Notes: generated from the sequence alone by a model not told the origin. Numbered from the stretch's first letter, positions 47,455 to 57,631 are shown. The stretch: DNA of 64,000 bases from Nitrospina sp. UBA6727 (GCA_002454045.1 DKID01000026.1:691-64690); one strand, 5' to 3'. Numbers and translations are program-made.

Positions 47455-49241
47455 GATTGTTTCTCTAATAGCTTGATCAGATTTTCAGATTCGCCGAGTA
47501 ATCCCTTTGTGCTGTCGCGGGTTGTCGGAGAAAACTGAAGGGTTGCGCATCTTTCGAGAAGTTTCCGGGTAACTGCGGCTGACTCGTAGCCCGATTCTTT
47601 CAGCCGATGTTCCACTTCCTCGGCGGTGATAGCTTTTCCTTGCAGGTTCAGTTTGTTCCCGACGTACTCCCTGAGAATTTCTGATAGTTTTCGACCAAAC
47701 TCCTTCGCGGCGGGAAGATCGGAATGCTCCACCGTCGACATTTTTTTCAAACACCGCGTTGCATTTTTGTAGGCGTTTTGACATCGATAAAAAGCTGCAT
47801 CATATTTCATCCGCCGCCGCCGTTTAATTATAAGCGCTGAAAGAATGAAGAGAATCACGGGCGACCCAAGGCCGACCCCTATGAATGCTGGCGAGGAATC
47901 GTTTCCGTCATTTTGAAATTTGTTCAGTTCGGTATAGATGGGGAAAATATCTTTGCCGAGAATTTCAATTTTAGGTTTTCGTGACGGCGTATTTTGTTGT
48001 CCGGACTGCACCAAGTTGAGACTTTCTTTTGTCGCCGCAGGTTTTACGTTTAAGGTAATGGGCTGAGTTCGAACGACGCGGTATTGAACTTTCCCCGGGT
48101 CAAAAAAAGTCAGTGAAAATTCAGGCAAGGTTTTGTTCCCTGATTCCAAAGGCACCAAGGCAAATTTAAAAGTTTTTTCTCCTGTGACTTGGTTGTTATG
48201 AACGGTTTGGTGAAACTCGGGTTTGTCGGGATAGATTTTAAAATGGCTTTCTAAATCCGGTTCATCAAAGGTGACATCCTGAACGTTGCCCTTTCCCGAA
48301 ACGGTCACCGTCAAGGTGGCGGTATCTCCAACTTCAAGATTGTGTTTGCCAAGTTCTGCGGAAATATTAAATTGCCCGACGATATTTTCAAATCCTTCTG
48401 GCACTCCATCAGGCAGAGGTAAAACTTCAATGGAAAGAGGTTGAGCTCGAAGCACCTTATGTTCGACTCGAGTGCGTCGGCTGAAAAACTGGCCGAAGGG
48501 GTCGTCCCGGCTGGAACGGTTTTGCGTGTTGCGGATAAGGTCTAGTTCAACGCGGGCGGGAGCAATTTTGTGCCGTCCTTTTTTTAAAGGGACGAGGGCT
48601 AATGATAATTCCTGCACGTGATACTGAAGTCCGTTAATAACTTTACTGTATGATTTGGGTTTTCCAAGTTCTTCTTTATGAAACTGAGTTTTGTCGAAAG
48701 GCAGATGTAAATTCAGATTTTTGGCGTCAACGCGATGAAACAAGCGGAAGGTGTAAACCAGTTGTTCTCCAACGTAGGCTTTCTCGCTGGACAAGTTGGC
48801 AACAACAAACGCAGTTTTGTTTCCCTCTGTTTCCTGGCTTAAAGATTTTTGCACCGTAATTTTTATGGGCTGGGTGGAATAAGTTTTTCCGTTTGCCTGC
48901 ACCCGCGCGGGGCCGATGAAAAATGTCCCCGTGTTCATGGGAGTCAGCCGATAATTGTGGGTGATGGAAACACTGCGTTGGGTGTTGATGTATCGCGTGG
49001 ACGAGGAAGTGCCCGCGGAGACGACTCGGAAATCCGGCAAAGAAGGTAGCTTTGGCGGAGGTGTATTCTGAGTTCCTTGGATGATGATGGAAAGTTGCAG
49101 GACATCTTCCATGGTCAAACGATTTTTGTTCACCGTCGCCGCGACGGAGATATCTTGTCCAAAACTTTGGGGGACGGAGGGCAGTGCGAGAAACAGAAAA
49201 AGGCAAATTGTCTTTTTAATTTTGCCCAGAAACATTTTCAC
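47451..49241 (-). CDS. batD: BatD-family protein
   Basis: Signal peptide, Ig-like repeats (YVGEQL.Y, LPLP...F...VGQF, G.GN) and a C-terminal TM segment. Confidence 0.85.
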   Translation of the reverse strand: MKMFLGKIKKTICLFLFLALPSVPQSFGQDISVAATVNKNRLTMEDVLQLSIIIQGTQNTPPPKLPSLPDFRVVSAGTSSSTRYINTQRSVSITHNYRLTPMNTGTFFIGPARVQANGKTYSTQPIKITVQKSLSQETEGNKTAFVVANLSSEKAYVGEQLVYTFRLFHRVDAKNLNLHLPFDKTQFHKEELGKPKSYSKVINGLQYHVQELSLALVPLKKGRHKIAPARVELDLIRNTQNRSSRDDPFGQFFSRRTRVEHKVLRAQPLSIEVLPLPDGVPEGFENIVGQFNISAELGKHNLEVGDTATLTVTVSGKGNVQDVTFDEPDLESHFKIYPDKPEFHQTVHNNQVTGEKTFKFALVPLESGNKTLPEFSLTFFDPGKVQYRVVRTQPITLNVKPAATKESLNLVQSGQQNTPSRKPKIEILGKDIFPIYTELNKFQNDGNDSSPAFIGVGLGSPVILFILSALIIKRRRRMKYDAAFYRCQNAYKNATRCLKKMSTVEHSDLPAAKEFGRKLSEILREYVGNKLNLQGKAITAEEVEHRLKESGYESAAVTRKLLERCATLQFSPTTRDSTKGLLGESENLIKLLEKQS

Positions 49242-49242
49242 T

Positions 49243-50007
49243 TTACCAGTCGTTCCCTTGATATGAGGATTTTGTTTTTCCGGCTTGCATGCGGCTGATG
49301 CTTTTTAAATCTTCGGTGAGTCTTCCCAATATCCGCTCGGCTTCCCGCTCAGAGATTTCATCCTCCGCTGCGGGCTCTTCACTTTGCTTGGGTGGTTCCG
49401 TGTTATTTTTTTCGCCGTCATTATTTTTCGTTGACGGCGGCTGATTCGCGGCTTGTTGGTCTTCGTTCTGTTCCCGGTTTCCCCCTTGTTTTTTTTCGGA
49501 AGAGGGACCGCCGTCTTCGTTTTTCTGATCGCCTTCGTCGGAATTTTGTTTCCGGTCTTCTTTCTTCTTTAGTTGTTCGCGGACATACTCCAGATTAAAT
49601 TTGGCGTCCATGTCATCAGGGTCAAGCGTCAAAACTTTTTTGTAGGCTGCCGCGGCTTTTTTAAGTTCCCCCAACTTCACCAGAGTATTGCCGGCGTTGT
49701 AGATTGAATTTTTCATGATGCCTGAATTCTTTTCGTCTAAAGAGGAACGGGTGAAAGCTTGAAGTGCCTCCAGAAAATTACCGTCCTTATAGTGAGCGTT
49801 TCCCTGATTGTAGGCTATGCGCGAATCGTTCGGGCGGTCTGCGTACGCGGAGGAAAAACTTTTTCCGGCGGCGTTAAACTTTCCTTCGTGATACTGGGAG
49901 ATGCCTTCTTGAATTTTGGAATCTACCGATTCCGCAAACCCGGTCCGGGGCAGAGCGGCAGAAAATATAAGGGCGAGGGGGATTACGGCGTGACGAATCC
50001 GAACCAT
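49243..50007 (-). CDS. batC: BatC-like TPR protein with low-complexity charged linker
   Basis: YNQGNAHYK, YNAGN, P.D.DAK.NLE, a Q/E/N-rich linker, EAERIL..L and terminal NDW. Start reset to ATG 50007. Confidence 0.8.
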   Translation of the reverse strand: MVRIRHAVIPLALIFSAALPRTGFAESVDSKIQEGISQYHEGKFNAAGKSFSSAYADRPNDSRIAYNQGNAHYKDGNFLEALQAFTRSSLDEKNSGIMKNSIYNAGNTLVKLGELKKAAAAYKKVLTLDPDDMDAKFNLEYVREQLKKKEDRKQNSDEGDQKNEDGGPSSEKKQGGNREQNEDQQAANQPPSTKNNDGEKNNTEPPKQSEEPAAEDEISEREAERILGRLTEDLKSISRMQAGKTKSSYQGNDW

Positions 50008-50086
50008 GATTTTGGAAATTGGAGCGTCGGTGTTCCCATCTCCGGCGCGCTGGGAACCGTACAAATTAAAATGGTCGGCCTTCAAC

Positions 50087-50788
50087 TTACCTTCTGTCTC
50101 CCATTAATCTCAGAAGCATGAGGAACAAGTTGATGAAGTCCAAGTAAAGGGTTAGGGCTCCGCGGATAGCTTCTTTCGTGTCTTCGTCGGTGCCTTCGTT
50201 TCCGAGAATATTCATCTCTTTAATTTTTTGCGTATCGTAGGCGGTCAAGCCCACAAAGATGAGTACTCCAGCGTAGGTGATGATCATGTGCATCGCGGTG
50301 CTTTGCATGAACATGTTCACTACAGAAGCAATGATGATGCCGATGAGTCCCATGAACAGGAAGCTTCCCCACGAAGTCAGATCTTTTTTCGTCGTGTAAC
50401 CGTACAGGCTCATCGCGCCAAATGTACCCGCCGTAACCATGAACGTGGAGGTGATGGACGCGGAAGTATAAACTACGAAAATAAAAGAAAAGGTGATGCC
50501 GGTCAGGCCCGCATAGAGCATGAAAACACCAGTCGCTTGACTTACGCTCATCTGCATGACTCGTGATGCCAACCAGAAAACCAGCCCGATCTGAACAATC
50601 ATAAGAACAATCGGCATGATGGGATTGCTAAAAATAATGTTCATGATTGCTTCGTTGTTGGAAATATAAAAAGCCATGAAGCCAGTTATCGCCAGTCCCG
50701 CCGTCATCCAGTTGTAGACGCGTACCATGAATCGCTGTTGCTCCGCGGCATGGGCATCCGCGCTCATTGCTCTAAATGAATCTTGCAT
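50087..50788 (-). CDS. Bax inhibitor-1/YccA-family membrane protein
   Basis: FM.RVY.WM..GL.IT, YGYTTKKDLT..G.FL.MGLIG, GLTAYDTQKIK and GALTLYLDFINLF motifs. Confidence 0.94.
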   Translation of the reverse strand: MQDSFRAMSADAHAAEQQRFMVRVYNWMTAGLAITGFMAFYISNNEAIMNIIFSNPIMPIVLMIVQIGLVFWLASRVMQMSVSQATGVFMLYAGLTGITFSFIFVVYTSASITSTFMVTAGTFGAMSLYGYTTKKDLTSWGSFLFMGLIGIIIASVVNMFMQSTAMHMIITYAGVLIFVGLTAYDTQKIKEMNILGNEGTDEDTKEAIRGALTLYLDFINLFLMLLRLMGDRR

Positions 50789-50855
50789 TATTTTTTCCTT
50801 TCGTATTTTTTGAAACCATCGCCGTGTTTATTTTACCAAAATCAGGCGGCGGAGG

Positions 50856-51866
50856 TTAGACAAAACTCTTGGCGGGTTTTCTTCCCGTTAGATAAGTTTC
50901 GATGACTAGGCAAAGTAATGCCGCAAAAATAAACCATTGGAAACGTTCCTGCCAAATTTTGCGATGCTCCGATTTAAGATCTTTTTGCGCGATGTGTTTT
51001 TTAATTTGGTCTTTGTAAATAGTTTTCAAATCGATGTCCCCAGTGACGGAGCGGACGTAACTGCCTTCCGTCGCCAACGCTATCTTCTGCAATGTGGTCT
51101 CATCCAGTTTTGAGAGGATGACTTCCCCTCGCTGATTTTTTCTGAACCCGCCGTTGGCAGATGGACTCGGCAAGGGGGCGCCGATTTCTCCTCCGATTCC
51201 GATCGCGTATATTTTTACGCCCTGACTTTTCGCCGACCTCGCCGCCGCCAATGCTTTGCCCGTTTGGTCTTCCCCATCGGTTATCAAAATTAAGGCCTTG
51301 GATTTTTTGTCTTGCGTGCGAAACGCTTTGATGGAAGTTTCGATGGCGTTGCCGATGGCGGTTCCTTGCACGGGAATCAATTGCGTATCAATGGCGGAAA
51401 GAAATATTCTTGCGGCGTTATAATCGAGAGTCAGAGGACACTGGACGAAGGCGGTTCCAGCAAAAGCCACCAGCCCGATTCGATCGCCTTCCAACATGTT
51501 AAGAAGATCGGAAATTTTTCGCTTCGCTCTCTCGAGCCGATTTGGTTTTATGTCTTCCGCCAACATGCTGCTGGAAACATCCAAGGCGACGATGATATCG
51601 ACTCCCCGCTGATGCAGGTCTTCCCAATGGTAGCCCCACCGCGGCGAAGTGGTCGCCAGTAAGAGGAACGCGACCGCCAGAAAAATAAAAATGATTTGAG
51701 CGCGGCGCAATTTTTTTACTTCAGGGCTCACCAGTCTGGGGAGCAAAAGGTCGCCGCAAAATTTGCTGGCGAGTTGCTGCTTTTTTTTCATTCCCCATAG
51801 CATGAAGAGGAGCAATGGAATCAGGAACCATAATAGATGAAAGTAAACGGGTTCGCCAAATCGCAT
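50856..51866 (-). CDS. batB: BatB VWA-domain protein
   Basis: DVSSSMLAEDIKPNRLERAK (MIDAS), GDRIGLVAFAG, PLTLD and ITDGED motifs. Confidence 0.9.
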   Translation of the reverse strand: MRFGEPVYFHLLWFLIPLLLFMLWGMKKKQQLASKFCGDLLLPRLVSPEVKKLRRAQIIFIFLAVAFLLLATTSPRWGYHWEDLHQRGVDIIVALDVSSSMLAEDIKPNRLERAKRKISDLLNMLEGDRIGLVAFAGTAFVQCPLTLDYNAARIFLSAIDTQLIPVQGTAIGNAIETSIKAFRTQDKKSKALILITDGEDQTGKALAAARSAKSQGVKIYAIGIGGEIGAPLPSPSANGGFRKNQRGEVILSKLDETTLQKIALATEGSYVRSVTGDIDLKTIYKDQIKKHIAQKDLKSEHRKIWQERFQWFIFAALLCLVIETYLTGRKPAKSFV

Positions 51867-51869
51867 GGT

Positions 51870-52862
51870 TTAAGGAATCCTCCTCAAAAAAGAATTAGAG
51901 AGACCGATTTCCAGCAAAATAAAAATGATTGCCGGTACCAAAAAATAATAGAAAAGTTCTGTGTATTCCGAATGGTCGATTATTTTGACCGCCGACTTTT
52001 CCATTGCGTCGATCTGCGCGTAAATATTTTTTAGGGATTCTAAATCGGCAGCGCGGAAATATTCGCCGCCGGTAATCTGAGATATTTTCTTGAGCGTCGT
52101 TTCGTCAACATCTACTTCTTGATAGACGTAGCGTTGACCGAATATGGAGTTGACCAAGAAAGGCGCCTTGCCTTTCGTGCCGACGCTGATGGTGTGGATT
52201 TTTATCCCGAAAGTTTTCGCTGTCCGGGCGGCTTGAAGGGGGAGCAGGGAACCGGCATTGTTCCTACCGTCGGTCAACAGAATGATGACTTTGGATTTTG
52301 ATTCCAAATCTTTGAGTCGTTTTACCGCGATGCCTATCGCCGAACCAATTGCCGTGGAGTCTCCCGCCATGCCAATTTCCAACTTGCGCAAAAATGATTG
52401 CAGGATGTCGTGGTCGAGAGTCAACGGACATTGGGTGTAAGCCTGTTCTCCAAAGACGACCATGCCGACGCGGTCGTTGCGACGATTGTCGATGAAGTTG
52501 GAGACCACTCCTTTTACCACGGCGAGCCGAGTGATGCGTTTTGCATCTTCAATAAAGTCCAGCGCGCGCATGCTTCCCGATGTATCCAGCGCCAGCATGA
52601 TGTCAACTCCGGTCGACAGAATTTCCGTGCTCTTGTGTCCTTCTTGCGGGCGAGCCAACGCGATGATCAAGAGAGCCAGCACCAAAAAGCGAAGCGCCAG
52701 AGGAAGCCCATCGTAAAAATCAATCCTGGATGGGCGCAGAGTTTTCAAGGTGACGGTGGACGAAAAATGTATGGCCGCCTTCTTCCTTTTTTGCAGAGCA
52801 AGCAGGGGAAGTCCTAACAGAAACAGCAAGAGCCACGGGTCTTGAAATTGAAAAAAGTTCAT
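51870..52862 (-). CDS. batA: BatA VWA-domain protein
   Basis: ALARPQ, DTSGSMRALD (MIDAS), STAIGSAIG, LLTDGRNNAG and TGG.YFRA motifs. Confidence 0.92.
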   Translation of the reverse strand: MNFFQFQDPWLLLFLLGLPLLALQKRKKAAIHFSSTVTLKTLRPSRIDFYDGLPLALRFLVLALLIIALARPQEGHKSTEILSTGVDIMLALDTSGSMRALDFIEDAKRITRLAVVKGVVSNFIDNRRNDRVGMVVFGEQAYTQCPLTLDHDILQSFLRKLEIGMAGDSTAIGSAIGIAVKRLKDLESKSKVIILLTDGRNNAGSLLPLQAARTAKTFGIKIHTISVGTKGKAPFLVNSIFGQRYVYQEVDVDETTLKKISQITGGEYFRAADLESLKNIYAQIDAMEKSAVKIIDHSEYTELFYYFLVPAIIFILLEIGLSNSFLRRIP

Positions 52863-52929
52863 GGTGGGTTACTGCCTTTTTCTACTACGGTGCAGCCGTC
52901 CGACTTCGCCGCGTTAGAAAAATGCCGCG

Positions 52930-53922
52930 TCATTGCTGGGGAGCAGGGGGGCATGCTTCCTGAACAAAGTTGATGACGGATTGCATTTCATCTCGTCCTT
53001 CCGCTTGTCTCGCCTTGGCAAATTTAACGCGATCGGTTTGCATCAAGATTGTCCGCGCCTGAAGTTTTAGGTTTTCGCTGAGGTCGGGGAAGTTTTTGAA
53101 ATGGTCCGTAATTTCTTCCGTGGTCCATTCGCGCGCCGGAAATTGGTAACGGTTTTCCAAGTATCTGCGAAAGATTTCCGACAACTCGAAAAAATAATCT
53201 TGAATTCGTCCGACCCGAATCCACCCTTTGTCGCGGAGCGCCGCAAGTTCTTTGTGTATCAATTGCTCTGGAGTTAATGCCGACACGGCGGCGGAACTAA
53301 GTTGACGGGATGGTCGCGACGATTTCCATCTGCGCGACGCAAAGATGAATAATCCTGAGAGGGCGAACGCCGCCAACGCCATCCAGAAATAGTGAATCCA
53401 CGGCGCGGATATTTCTTCCAATGGTTTGATGTCGCGCACCCCATCGGGGCTTCCGTGTGTGGCGAGAAGCGACTGCACCTCCACGGTCGTCGCCGCGGCG
53501 ATGATGGTTCCCCGAATGGTTTTCCCGGATTCTTTTTGGTCCGGCGCATCGAAAAAGACGGTGGTGGGAGAAAGCGTCAACTTGCCAACGTCATCGACAC
53601 GAAGTTTGTACCAGTAGTCGTTGACGATTTGCCCGTTGATTGTCCGCGGCGGACTTTCTCCTTTTTCGATAAACTCCAAACCGTTTGCAAGTTTGATGTC
53701 GGGAGCCGACGGGCGGATGTCCGCGTCATGCTTGACGGCGACGGTGTAAGTCGCCACATCGCCAAGAGTGAGCGCGTCGGGCGTGATGTGAGTGGTGACG
53801 GAAATCGGCTGCGAATTTTCATCGGCGATGGCAAGCGAGGCGGCGCAGACTAAAATGAAAAGTTGGACGGGGAAGAAAAAAACTTCCGCCGCGAACGTCA
53901 TCGGTGAAATTATATTTTTCAT
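52930..53922 (-). CDS. Bat-operon membrane protein (Ig-like domain, DIKP motif, TM, C-terminal helical domain)
   Basis: RDIKPL, TM segment, LSEIFRRYLE.RY...A.E.TTEE and D.VKFAK. Sits between DUF58 and batA. Confidence 0.75.
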   Translation of the reverse strand: MKNIISPMTFAAEVFFFPVQLFILVCAASLAIADENSQPISVTTHITPDALTLGDVATYTVAVKHDADIRPSAPDIKLANGLEFIEKGESPPRTINGQIVNDYWYKLRVDDVGKLTLSPTTVFFDAPDQKESGKTIRGTIIAAATTVEVQSLLATHGSPDGVRDIKPLEEISAPWIHYFWMALAAFALSGLFIFASRRWKSSRPSRQLSSAAVSALTPEQLIHKELAALRDKGWIRVGRIQDYFFELSEIFRRYLENRYQFPAREWTTEEITDHFKNFPDLSENLKLQARTILMQTDRVKFAKARQAEGRDEMQSVINFVQEACPPAPQQ

Positions 53923-54383
53923 TGGTCGGGAATTCCGCCGCGAATTTTTTTAAGACATGCATTGATGCGCGAAGTTAGCATTTTATTCGAACCCAAAACT
54001 TCAGCGCGAAACAACCAGACCAAAGCTTGCGGGCAGTCGTCGAGGTCGGCATATAAACGCCCCACGGTTTGCGCCGCTTCCGCCCTTTGCGTTGCGTCGA
54101 TTTTTTCCGTCTCCCATATTTTGATGAATTGGTCGATGGCTTGTTTTTTTAAACCAGAGTTCATCAGCCGCGTTCCCACCTTCTGATATTCATCAATCAG
54201 GTTGGAGTTTGGCGCGGACTCTCGAACGGCCGCCGAGTTTTTTGGGAAGATGAATTGGTTGCTTGCGAGTTTGCTGAGCAAGGCTACGAAAGCCAGAAGA
54301 GTCAGTGCCGTGAGGATGATGATAACTATTTTTAGTTTTTTGCTGACACCATCGGTCGGGATGAGTTTGGGGTTTTGATCCAT
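53919..54383 (-). CDS. Small membrane-anchored TPR-like protein
   Basis: N-terminal TM segment and a helical A/L-patterned repeat (G.LY.DL..C..AL.W..RAE). Tightly coupled in the operon. Confidence 0.6.
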   Translation of the reverse strand: MDQNPKLIPTDGVSKKLKIVIIILTALTLLAFVALLSKLASNQFIFPKNSAAVRESAPNSNLIDEYQKVGTRLMNSGLKKQAIDQFIKIWETEKIDATQRAEAAQTVGRLYADLDDCPQALVWLFRAEVLGSNKMLTSRINACLKKIRGGIPDQ

Positions 54384-54384
54384 G

Positions 54385-55332
54385 CTAGTGTTTTTTTCCG
54401 CGCATCTTAAAATAGCGGATGATGGGTTCCGTCAAAGAATGGTTCGTGAAAATTTCGATGGTGTCGATACCTATGGAATGGAAATAAGTTTTTCGTTCCC
54501 GCCTTTTTTCCTGAAACTGTTTGGCGTACTGCCGGGTCATTTCGTCGTCGCTGGTGTCCACCGATAAAGTTTCGCCCGACTCGGCATCTTCGAGTTGAAT
54601 CAAGCCGACATTCGGCAGGATTTCCTCCCGTTGGTCGGCGATGCTAATGGCGACCAAATCGTGTTTTTGTTTTGCTAGTTTCAATTTTGCTTCGTAGTTG
54701 TCATCTTGAAAGTCGGAAATTAAAAACGCGGTGGCTCTTCGTTTCTGAATATTCAAAAGATATTCGAGGGGCAGGGAAAGGTTGGTGCCTTTTCCTTCCG
54801 GCTTAAAGTTGAGGATGGTGCGGATGATATTCCAGATATGGGCTTTGCCTTTTTTAGGTGGGATGGTGTGCTCGATTTTATCCGAAAACACAATCAACCC
54901 AATCTTGTCGTTGTTTTTGATGGCGGCGAAAGCGAGGATTGATGCGACCTCGGCGGAAACTTCATTTTTAAGTTTCTCGGCGGAACCAAACTCGCCGGAA
55001 GAACTCACGTCAACCAAAAGTATGAGAGTTAATTCGCGTTCTTCTTTGAACTCCTTGATGAAAGGTTGATTCATTCTGGCGGTCACATTCCAGTCGATTA
55101 ACCTGACGTCATCGCCGGGCTGATATTCTCGCACCTCGCTGAATTCCATTCCCCGTCCTTTGAACGCGGAGACATATTCCCCCGCCATGATGTCGTTGAC
55201 CAGATGGTTGGTCTTTACCTGAATGGCTTTGATGCGTTGCAATAGTTCGGGCGAAAGATTTCTATCTTGCTCTGCCGTCGGCGTTGGTTCGCGGAACCAA
55301 TCCTTGATTGTTTGCGTCATCGTCATAACCAA
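54385..55332 (-). CDS. DUF58 (VWA-like) protein
   Basis: GEY.SAFKGRGMEF.EVREYQPGDDVR.IDWNVTAR, EERE, DVSSS and ISDF motifs. Confidence 0.93.
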   Translation of the reverse strand: MVMTMTQTIKDWFREPTPTAEQDRNLSPELLQRIKAIQVKTNHLVNDIMAGEYVSAFKGRGMEFSEVREYQPGDDVRLIDWNVTARMNQPFIKEFKEERELTLILLVDVSSSGEFGSAEKLKNEVSAEVASILAFAAIKNNDKIGLIVFSDKIEHTIPPKKGKAHIWNIIRTILNFKPEGKGTNLSLPLEYLLNIQKRRATAFLISDFQDDNYEAKLKLAKQKHDLVAISIADQREEILPNVGLIQLEDAESGETLSVDTSDDEMTRQYAKQFQEKRRERKTYFHSIGIDTIEIFTNHSLTEPIIRYFKMRGKKH

Positions 55333-55334
55333 TT

Positions 55335-56327
55335 TTATGGAACCTCAACGGTGTCGAATATTTTTTTAAGAATGTCGTCGGGCGTTACATTCTCCGCCTC
55401 CGCCTCGTAAGTGAGGATGATCCGGTGCCTCAACACATCCATGCCGATGCTTTTAATATCGTGCGGGACGACGTAACCTCGCCCTTGCAAAAAGGCAAAA
55501 GCTTTTGCGCATCGGTTCAAAAATATGGATGCCCGTGGCGACGCGCCGTATTGGATCATTCCTTGCAGGGAAGATATCTGGTTGCCCGCCGGGTCGCGTG
55601 TCGCCGCAACCAAATTGATGATGTAGTCTTGCAGATTTTCATCGATGTATATTTCGTTGAACACTTTCCGCGCTTGCAGAATTTTCGCAGGAGACACCAC
55701 CTGTTTGACTTGATAAATATCGTTGGTGGCGGACATTCTCTGCATGATAATTTTTTCTTCCTCCTTCGTGGGGTAATCAATATGAAGTTTAAACATGAAC
55801 CGGTCTACCTGAGCTTCCGGCAAAGGATAGGTGCCTTCTTGTTCAATCGGGTTTTGAGTGGCAATCACCATGAATGGTTCTTCAAGTTTGAAGGTTGCGC
55901 CGGCGATGGTGATTTGTCTTTCTTGCATGGCTTCAAGTAGAGCACTTTGGACTTTGGCGGGTGCGCGATTGATTTCATCCGCGAGAATGATGTTGGCGAA
56001 AAGGGGACCTTTCTTAATATCGAACTCACCGGTTTTAGGTTGATATATCTGCGTCCCCAATAGATCAGCCGGCAACAAGTCGGGAGTAAATTGAATGCGT
56101 TTGAAGTCGGCTTTTACGGATTGCGCCAAAGTTTTTACCGCGGTGGTTTTAGCAAGTCCCGGCACTCCCTCCAAAAGAATATGTTCGCCGGTCAACAATC
56201 CAAGTATCAACCGCTCGGTCAGATATTTTTGTCCTACGATGATTTGTTCCAATTCGTGAAAGAGGGCAGGGAGAAATTCACTGGCATGGCTAATGCGTTC
56301 TGTAATTTCGTCGATATTTTTTGACAT
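55335..56327 (-). CDS. moxR: MoxR-family AAA+ ATPase
   Basis: LEGVPGLAKT, RIQFTPDLLPAD, LADEINRAPAKVQSALLEAMQE, ATQNPIEQEGTYPLPEAQ.DRF and GASPR. Start ATG 56327. Confidence 0.96.
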   Translation of the reverse strand: MSKNIDEITERISHASEFLPALFHELEQIIVGQKYLTERLILGLLTGEHILLEGVPGLAKTTAVKTLAQSVKADFKRIQFTPDLLPADLLGTQIYQPKTGEFDIKKGPLFANIILADEINRAPAKVQSALLEAMQERQITIAGATFKLEEPFMVIATQNPIEQEGTYPLPEAQVDRFMFKLHIDYPTKEEEKIIMQRMSATNDIYQVKQVVSPAKILQARKVFNEIYIDENLQDYIINLVAATRDPAGNQISSLQGMIQYGASPRASIFLNRCAKAFAFLQGRGYVVPHDIKSIGMDVLRHRIILTYEAEAENVTPDDILKKIFDTVEVP

Positions 56328-56552
56328 ACTTACTACCTTCGATTTGTGTAAATGAGTGATAGATGGAGGAGCAACAATGAAGAACGGTTCAAGAGAGTTT
56401 ATACAAAAATACAATAAAATAAGTCGCAAGAGAATTAAATTTTTTTTGATTGTTTCTCTACAACATCATACAAAGGAGTGTTATCATGCGACCGCGCTCG
56501 GGGCGGGCGACCCTTATATTTCCTACGCTGAATTTTTCTGGAGCAGGTGCGA

Positions 56553-57461
56553 ATGGCTGAAGAAGACGTCAAAGATATCGGCAGTCTTATTGACCAAGGG
56601 ATGAACGATGAAAACAACGAACTGGATTTGCGGGAGAAGGAATTGGACGATGAAGACCTGATAGCAGTTTTAGAATCCGACAAGGTCAAGGGAGTCACCG
56701 CGCTGTTTCTGGAGTTTAACGACATCGGGGATGCGGGACTCAAGGCTCTGGCGGCGAGCGATAAGACGAAGTTTTTAACAGCATTGAACTTGTTCAAAAA
56801 CAAAGTGACGGATGCAGGACTCGAGGCTCTGGTCAATTCTAAAAACATGATTAATCTTTCCGAGTTGATATTGAGCGATAACGAAATCAGCCATGAAGGC
56901 GCCAAGATGGTGGCGACGTCCAATATTTTAGGCGGCTTGGTATCCCTGTGGCTGGGGGACAAAATCGGCGACGACGGCGTGAAGGCGCTGGCGAATTCTG
57001 AAACTCTCACGCGGCTTACACAACTTTCTTTATACAGAAATAATATCAGCAACGAAGGCGCGGCGGCGATTGCCCAATCCAAAAACTTAAGCAAGTTGAC
57101 GGAGCTAAACTTAAACTGGAATTACATCGAAGGCGAAGGGATGGAGGCGTTGGCCGCATCGAAAAATTTGCGCAACCTGACGCAACTCACGCTGACTTTT
57201 AATCCGTTGGGACTTCGCGGCGCGGAAGCCATCGCCGGCTCTGAAAATTTCAGCAACCTCACCTTGATCGATTTGTATGAAACAGATTTAGGGAATATGG
57301 GCGCCAGAGCCTTGGCCGAATCGACGAACCTTCCTAACTTAGAAACACTAGTTTTAATTCATAATGACGTCGGTGCCGGAGTGCAGGCTTTGTTCAAGGA
57401 CAACAAAAATTTTCCCAAACTGAAGGATGTTTATTTTTTCACGGCCAAGGCCGAAGTTTGA
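56553..57461 (+). CDS. Leucine-rich-repeat protein (about ten 27-aa RI/GALA-like repeats)
   Basis: Repeats of the form LxxLxLxxNxIgdxGaxALAxSxnLxx. No signal peptide. Confidence 0.9.
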   Translation: MAEEDVKDIGSLIDQGMNDENNELDLREKELDDEDLIAVLESDKVKGVTALFLEFNDIGDAGLKALAASDKTKFLTALNLFKNKVTDAGLEALVNSKNMINLSELILSDNEISHEGAKMVATSNILGGLVSLWLGDKIGDDGVKALANSETLTRLTQLSLYRNNISNEGAAAIAQSKNLSKLTELNLNWNYIEGEGMEALAASKNLRNLTQLTLTFNPLGLRGAEAIAGSENFSNLTLIDLYETDLGNMGARALAESTNLPNLETLVLIHNDVGAGVQALFKDNKNFPKLKDVYFFTAKAEV

Positions 57462-57483
57462 TTTGGCGAAGACTTGACGAATC

Positions 57484-57522
57484 AGGGTTCCCGGTTTCAC
57501 GCCGGGAGCCCTTTCTTTTTTT
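57484..57522 (+). terminator. Intrinsic terminator after the LRR gene
   Basis: AGGGTTCCCGGT-TTCAC-GCCGGGAGCCCT followed by TTCTTTTTTT. Confidence 0.85.
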
Positions 57523-57526
57523 GCGG

Positions 57527-57631
57527 AATTTTTACGGCGACGGTGACAGCGACGGTGATATAACAGCGATGGTGACAGGGGGGCGCGGGGGGTGATGACG
57601 ACGGTGGCGGCGAAATTTTTACGGCGACGGT
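57527..57631. repeat. 18-bp direct repeat flanking a degenerate GRY-triplet tract
   Basis: AATTTTTACGGCGACGGT at 57527-57544 and 57614-57631, enclosing GACAGCGACGGTGA...GATGACGACGGTGGCGGCG. Confidence 0.75.

Noticed and set aside
57527-57631. Possible mini-CRISPR
   Set aside because: Only two 18-bp repeats, a 69-bp low-complexity spacer and no cas genes.
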